Shown here: one piece after another, positions 55,535 through 59,762 of the stretch
Layout of the letters: each line of letters begins with the position of its first letter
Numbering within the stretch: the stretch's first letter is position 1
Assembly (NCBI GenBank): GCA_031404115.1
Contig: JANNGX010000021.1
Span: 1-59,762 of the forward strand
Length of the DNA: 59,762 nt
Reading direction: 5' to 3'
DNA from: Gemmatimonadales bacterium
Lineage (GTDB): Bacteria; Gemmatimonadota; Gemmatimonadetes; Gemmatimonadales; GWC2-71-9
Made by a program: the position numbers and the translations under genes
The notes under the pieces: generated by a model
The model's input: only the letters and a program-made list of their open reading frames with translations
What the model was told of the DNA's origin: nothing
Database searches by the model: none

Positions 55535-57444
55535 CCGGGCTCACCACGCCCGAGGCCGTCGCCGAGCTCCGCCACGAGCTACGTACGCCGCTCAACCTCA
55601 TTATCGGCTACTGCGAGATGCTGCTCGAGGATGCGACCGACGCCGGGCAGCGCGGCGCGCTGGAACAAACCCTCGCGGCGGGCCGCGATGTCCTCGAGCG
55701 GATCAACGCGTCGGTCCCGCCGTCGCGGGGGGAAATCAGCGAAGCGGACTTTGCCGCGCTCCGCCACGCCCTGCGGGAGCCGCAGGGGCGCATCGTCATC
55801 GCGACCACCGCGCTGCTCGCCGCGGACCCGATCGATCCCCAGTTCGAGCGGGATGTGCGGCGGATTCGCAGCTCGGCCGAGCGGCTGCTCACCGTCGAGC
55901 TCCCGTCCGGCCGAAGCGCGAATCATGTGGCCGTGACCGTCGAGCATCCGGCGGCGGGTGCCGTCGCAGTCCCGCCGGTGCAGCCGGCGCACATCCTCGT
56001 GGTGGACGACCAGGAAGACAACCGGGCCGTGCTGGAGCGGCGGCTTCGACGTCAGGGCCACACCATTGAATCCGCCTCGGGCGGCCTTTCCGCGCTCGAG
56101 ATGCTGGGGCGGGAGCGGTTCGATCTCGTGCTGCTCGATGTGCTCATGCCCGATCTCGACGGCCTGGCCGTCCTCGAACGGATAAACGCCGACCAGAACA
56201 CCCGCGACATCCCGGTCATCATGATTTCGGCGCTCGACGACGTCGGCAGCGTCGTGCGCTGCATCGAGCGGGGGGCCGAGGACCATCTGTCCAAGCCGTT
56301 CGATCCGGTGCTGCTCCGGGCCCGAATCGGCGCCTGCCTCGAGAAGAAGCGGCTCCGCGACGTCGAGCTCGAGTACCTCCGCGAGGTCGGGCGAGTCATC
56401 CAGGCGGCCACCGCGGTCGAGGCGGGGAGTTACCAGCAGGGCGCGCTCGCCCAGGTGGCGCAGCGGGGCGACGAGCTCGGGCGGCTGGCCCGGGTGTTCG
56501 ACGGCATGGCCAATCAGGTACGGGCCCGCGAGGACCGGCTCAAGGAGCAGGTCGTGGCCCTGCGGCGGGAGATTGGCGAGGCGAGACAGACCACCCGCCA
56601 GTCCGTACCGCACGGGGTACTCAGCCTGCTCACCGGTGAGCTCTTCGCCGGGAGATTCGAGGTCCTCGAGGAAATCGGCAGCGGCGGCATGGGCATGGTC
56701 TACCGCGCGCTCGACCGTGAACTGGGCGACCAGGTTGCCATCAAGACCCTCCGTCCCGAGCTGCTGCAGGACCCCACGCTGCTGGAGCGGTTCAAGTCCG
56801 AGATCCGCCTGGCCCGGCACATCTCGAGCAAGCATGTCGTCCGGACCCACGACATCGGGGAGCGCGACGGCGTCTACTATTTGACGATGGAGTACGTCGA
56901 GGGCATCACGGTCCGGGAGCTGCTCGATACCCGCGGGCGACTTGGCACCGCGCCGACCCTTGCCATCGCGAGCCAGCTGGCCCAGTCGCTGGTGGCCGCC
57001 CATGAACAGGGAGTCATTCACCGGGACATCAAGCCGCAGAACCTCCTCCTCGATGGGGCCGGCGTGCTCAAGGTGATGGACTTCGGCGTGGCGCGCCTGG
57101 CCGGGGGGAACGCCAACCTCACCGAGGCGGGCATGGTGGTGGGCACGCCGTCGTACATGGCGCCGGAGCAGATGCTGGGAGAGAGCGTCGACGAGCGGAC
57201 CGATCTGTATGCGGTGGGGGTGGTGCTCTTCGAGTGCCTCCTGGGACGGCTGCCCTTCGAGGCCGGGTCCGCCATCGCGCTGATCGCAAGGGTATTGCGC
57301 GATCAGCCTCCCGTGCCCGCGGCGCTCGATCCGGAGATCCCGCCCGCGCTCTCCGAGCTGGTGGTGCGGCTCCTTGCGAAGGATCCGGCGCAGCGGCCCG
57401 CGAATGCCACCGAGCTGGCGCGGCTCCTCTCCGATCTCTCCTGA
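55531..57444 (+). CDS. Fusion protein: ATPase-less H-box (DHp/HisKA-like) region + receiver + HAMP-like helix + Hanks Ser/Thr kinase
   Basis: The ATG overlaps the RR stop (ATGA 55531-55534). aa 12-30: [19 protein letters not shown] (His15, codon 55573-55575). aa 154-272 is REC: VVDDQED, LLDVLMPDLDG with Asp203 (codon 56137-56139), and SKP. aa ~313-345: DELGRLARVFDGMANQVRAREDRL. aa 376-637 is the kinase: GSGGMGMVY, VAIKTL, HRDIKPQNLLL, DFGVARL, GTPSYMAPEQ. I see no N/G1/G2 ATP-lid motifs. Confidence 0.85.
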   Translation: MTGLTTPEAVAELRHELRTPLNLIIGYCEMLLEDATDAGQRGALEQTLAAGRDVLERINASVPPSRGEISEADFAALRHALREPQGRIVIATTALLAADPIDPQFERDVRRIRSSAERLLTVELPSGRSANHVAVTVEHPAAGAVAVPPVQPAHILVVDDQEDNRAVLERRLRRQGHTIESASGGLSALEMLGRERFDLVLLDVLMPDLDGLAVLERINADQNTRDIPVIMISALDDVGSVVRCIERGAEDHLSKPFDPVLLRARIGACLEKKRLRDVELEYLREVGRVIQAATAVEAGSYQQGALAQVAQRGDELGRLARVFDGMANQVRAREDRLKEQVVALRREIGEARQTTRQSVPHGVLSLLTGELFAGRFEVLEEIGSGGMGMVYRALDRELGDQVAIKTLRPELLQDPTLLERFKSEIRLARHISSKHVVRTHDIGERDGVYYLTMEYVEGITVRELLDTRGRLGTAPTLAIASQLAQSLVAAHEQGVIHRDIKPQNLLLDGAGVLKVMDFGVARLAGGNANLTEAGMVVGTPSYMAPEQMLGESVDERTDLYAVGVVLFECLLGRLPFEAGSAIALIARVLRDQPPVPAALDPEIPPALSELVVRLLAKDPAQRPANATELARLLSDLS

Positions 57445-57458
57445 GCCGGTCCGGCTCA
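57442..57458 (+). terminator. Palindrome/hairpin candidate at the end of the signalling operon
   Basis: TGAGCCGGTCCGGCTCA is a perfect 17-nt palindrome that begins with the stop codon. It could form a 7-bp GC-rich stem with a 3-nt loop. A TTTT run follows only about 13 nt later, so this is not a canonical intrinsic terminator. Confidence 0.25.
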
Positions 57459-57549
57459 CCGCCTCGTCGGTTTTCCCGGCCTCTCCTGGTTGAGGGGGAT
57501 TCCTGACGAGCGACGGTACTGAATTCTTAACCCCAAATCTCACAAGCTG

Positions 57550-57590
57550 TTAACGAATGGACTTCTCGTCCACCTATAACTACTTATAGG
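57550..57590 (+). promoter_or_regulatory. Candidate promoter/operator in a visibly AT-richer spacer upstream of the repeat lipoprotein gene
   Basis: TTAACG (57550-57555), a 19-nt spacer, then TATAAC (57575-57580), 24 nt upstream of the ATG. The perfect inverted repeat CCTATAA-ctac-TTATAGG (57573-57590) overlaps the -10-like hexamer. Confidence 0.3.
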
Positions 57591-57603
57591 GGTATGCGAG
57601 ATC

Positions 57604-59762
57604 ATGGTGCATAGCACCGCACGATTCTTCCGCACCCTCCCCATTCCAGTCCCCTTGCGAGCCGCAACCGGGACATTAGCGCTTGTCCTCGTCAGTTTCC
57701 TTGCGACCTGCAAGCAGAATGATCTGACCGGCCCGCTCGCCACGGGTCCGGCTGCGAAGCTCACGATCACGACCCAGCCCTCGGCCTCGGCGGCGAGCGG
57801 GGTCGGGTTTGCCCAGCAGCCGGTAATCCAGCTCCAGGACGCGGCGGGCAAGCCGGTCAATCAGGTGGGCGTGGTGCTGACGGCCGCGATCGCCACGGGC
57901 GGCGGTACGCTGGGCGGCACGCTCACGGCGACCACCAACGCCAGTGGGGCGGCGACCTTCTTCGATCTATCCATTACCGGCACGGCGGGCGATCGAACCC
58001 TGAACTTCTTGGCGCCGGCGCTGGCGGGCGCAACTTCGAATACGATCGCCATCAGCGTCGGTGCGGCCACCAGCCTTACGATCACCACCCAGCCTTCGGC
58101 CTTGGCCGCGAGTGGTGTCCTTCTGAATCAGCAGCCGGTGCTCCAGCTGCTCGACGCGGCCGGGAACGCCGTGAACCAGGCGGGCGTGGGCGTTACCGCA
58201 ACCATCGCCTCGGGCGGTGGCACGCTGGGCGGAACGACGACCGTGCTGACGAATGCCGCTGGCGTGGCGACCTTCACGGACCTGTCGATTAACGGCGTCA
58301 TCGGGGATCGGCTGTTGAACTTCAGCGCCACCTCGCTCATCGGCGTCACCTCGAGCACGATCACCCTCTCCCCGGGGGCAGCGACCCAGCTCACGATCAC
58401 CACCCAGCCCTCGGCCTCGGCGGCGAGTGGGGTCGGGTTCGCCCTGCAGCCGGTGCTCCAGCTGCGCGACGCTGCGGGCAACGCGGTCAGCCAGCTGGGC
58501 CATACCGTGACGGCGGTGATCGCTACCGGTGGGGGCACCCTGAACGGGGCGACCAGCGTGGTGACGAATGCCAGCGGCGTAGCGACCTTCGCCGGCCTCT
58601 CCATTACCGGGACGATCGGCGATCGCACCCTCAGCTTCGGCGTCCCGTTACTGACCGGGGCGACTTCCAGCACGATCACCCTCACGCCCGGCGCAGCCAC
58701 CCAACTCACGATCACGACCCAGCCCTCAAGCTCGGCCGCCAGCGGTGTCGTCTTGCCCCAACAGCCGGTGCTCCAGCTGCGGGACGCCGCCGGCAATGCG
58801 GTCAGCCAGTTGGGGACCGTGGTAACAGCCGCGATCGCCACCGGCGTCGGCACGCTGGGCGGCACGCTCACGGCGAGCACCAACGCCAGCGGCGTGGCGG
58901 CCTTCACCAGCCTGACCATCACCGGTAGCACCGGGAGCCGGACCCTGAATTTCAGCGCCCCGGCAGTGGCGGGGGCCACCTCAGGTACGATCACCATCAC
59001 GGCGGGCGGAGCCACCCAGCTGACGCTCACGACCCAGCCTTCGGCCTCGGCAGCGAGTAGCGCCGTCTTTGCCCAACAGCCGGTGCTCCAACTCCGGGAC
59101 GCGGCGGGGAACGCCGTGAACCAGGCGGGCGTCGGCGTTACCGCCACCATCGCCACGGGCGGCGGGACGCTCGGCGGCACGCTGATAGCCACCACGAACG
59201 CCGCTGGGGTAGCGACCTTCACGGACCTGTCGATGACCGGCGACATCTCGAATCGGACGCTGAGCTTCAGTGCAACCGGGGCCACCGGTGTCACCTCGGG
59301 CGCTGTCAACATCACGCCGGGCGCGGCGACCCAAGTCACGATCATCACCCAGCCCTCGGCCTCGGCGGCGAGCGGGGTCGGGTTCGCCCAGCAGCCGGTG
59401 CTCCAGCTGCGCGACGCTGCGGGCAACGCGGTCAGCGTGGCAGGCCATACCGTGACGGCGGTGATCGCGACCGGCGGGGGCACGCTGGGAGGGGCGACCA
59501 GCGTGGTGACGAATGCCAGCGGTGTGGCGACCTTCGGTGGTCTCTCCATTGCCGGCACGATCGGCGATCGCACCCTCAGCTTCAGCGTCCCGTCGCTGAC
59601 CGGGGCGACTTCCACTACGATCACCATCGCGCCTGGCGCAGCCACCCAGCTCACGATCACCAGTCAGCCTTCAAGCGCGGCAGCAAGCGGTGTCGTCCTG
59701 CCCCAACAGCCCGTGCTCCAGTTGCGGGACGCCGCCGGCAATGCGGTCAGCCAGTTGGGGAC
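57604..59762 (+). CDS. Lipoprotein with tandem 105-aa bacterial Ig-like (Big_1/invasin-like) repeats, 3' end beyond window
   Basis: I hand-translated all 719 codons from ATG 57604 and found no stop. The N-terminus is MVHSTARFFRTLPIPVPLRAATGTLALVLVSFLATC (lipobox LATC). At least 7 repeats follow, of the form LTITTQPSASAASGV..QQPVLQLRDAAGNAV...TA.IATGGGTLGG....TNASGVATF..LSITG..GDRTL.F. It is absent from the ORF track because it has no stop in the window. Confidence 0.8.
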   Translation, partial: MVHSTARFFRTLPIPVPLRAATGTLALVLVSFLATCKQNDLTGPLATGPAAKLTITTQPSASAASGVGFAQQPVIQLQDAAGKPVNQVGVVLTAAIATGGGTLGGTLTATTNASGAATFFDLSITGTAGDRTLNFLAPALAGATSNTIAISVGAATSLTITTQPSALAASGVLLNQQPVLQLLDAAGNAVNQAGVGVTATIASGGGTLGGTTTVLTNAAGVATFTDLSINGVIGDRLLNFSATSLIGVTSSTITLSPGAATQLTITTQPSASAASGVGFALQPVLQLRDAAGNAVSQLGHTVTAVIATGGGTLNGATSVVTNASGVATFAGLSITGTIGDRTLSFGVPLLTGATSSTITLTPGAATQLTITTQPSSSAASGVVLPQQPVLQLRDAAGNAVSQLGTVVTAAIATGVGTLGGTLTASTNASGVAAFTSLTITGSTGSRTLNFSAPAVAGATSGTITITAGGATQLTLTTQPSASAASSAVFAQQPVLQLRDAAGNAVNQAGVGVTATIATGGGTLGGTLIATTNAAGVATFTDLSMTGDISNRTLSFSATGATGVTSGAVNITPGAATQVTIITQPSASAASGVGFAQQPVLQLRDAAGNAVSVAGHTVTAVIATGGGTLGGATSVVTNASGVATFGGLSIAGTIGDRTLSFSVPSLTGATSTTITIAPGAATQLTITSQPSSAAASGVVLPQQPVLQLRDAAGNAVSQLG
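57760..59762 (+). repeat. In-frame tandem repeat, unit 315 nt, with 945-nt (three-unit) higher-order periodicity
   Basis: Unit starts (CTCACGATCAC-like) fall at 57760, 58075, 58390, 58705, 59020, 59335 and 59650, exactly 315 nt apart. Units 3 and 6, and units 4 and 7, are near-identical at nucleotide level. Units 2 and 5 share AGVGVTATIA. Units 1, 4 and 7 share VV.TAAIATG. Confidence 0.9.

Noticed and set aside
58128-59660. 510-aa minus-strand ORF (plus 57967..58503 and 57861..58088) covering the repeat region
   Set aside because: These are antisense shadows of the plus-strand repeat gene. The plus frame has a lipoprotein signal, an Ig-like repeat consensus and in-phase 315-nt periodicity. 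The minus-frame product is a monotonous Pro/Val/Ala/Trp string with no start context.
57760-59762. Possible CRISPR array or non-coding satellite, because of the regular repeats
   Set aside because: The repeat unit is 315 nt with no unique spacers and is a multiple of three. It stays open in one frame for 719 codons and encodes a coherent domain, so it is a protein-coding tandem repeat.

Overview
GC-rich bacterial chromosomal segment. The gene content and the ADRYRLEREL-type Hanks kinases suggest Gemmatimonadota/Acidobacteriota, but I cannot verify this without a search. I support about 40 tightly packed genes, many joined by 4-nt start/stop overlaps. I recognised no rRNA, tRNA, CRISPR array, transposase or integrase. 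Layout: (1) 1-16.1 kb is a carbohydrate-related cluster. It holds a heparinase II/III-like protein with a CBM9-like module, an epimerase, a DapA-like gene with an in-frame TAA, two amidohydrolases, a class-III aminotransferase, a GHMP kinase, a family-5 ABC binding protein with two permeases but no ATPase, and a GH38 mannosidase coupled to a diiron ferritin-like protein. (2) 17.4-27 kb holds two Hanks Ser/Thr kinases (one with a TPR tail, one with a PD40 tail) that bracket a translationally coupled minus-strand run of two paralogous secreted unknowns, an APC permease, an ACMSD-like decarboxylase and a twice-frameshifted TPP decarboxylase. (3) 27-43 kb is a peptide/amide-scavenging neighbourhood: rhomboid protease, OPT transporter, amidohydrolases, an M14 peptidase fused to DUF1460, a BNR/sortilin-like protein and an amidase. 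(4) 42.5-45.9 kb holds deoC plus a two-domain aldehyde dehydrogenase fusion. (5) 45.8-57.4 kb is the standout. Five translationally coupled signalling genes are three tandem paralogous soluble GAF-PAS hybrid histidine kinases (each HisKA-HATPase-REC-REC), a CheY-like receiver, and a 637-aa protein fusing an ATPase-less H-box (DHp) region, a receiver, a HAMP-like helix and a complete Hanks Ser/Thr kinase. I read this as a multi-input His-Asp phosphorelay whose output is Ser/Thr phosphorylation. (6) 57.6 kb to the right edge is a lipoprotein made of exact 315-nt (105-aa) Ig-like repeats arranged in a 945-nt A-B-C super-repeat. Many long ORFs in the track are antisense shadows or false N-terminal extensions typical of high-GC DNA, and I trimmed or rejected them.
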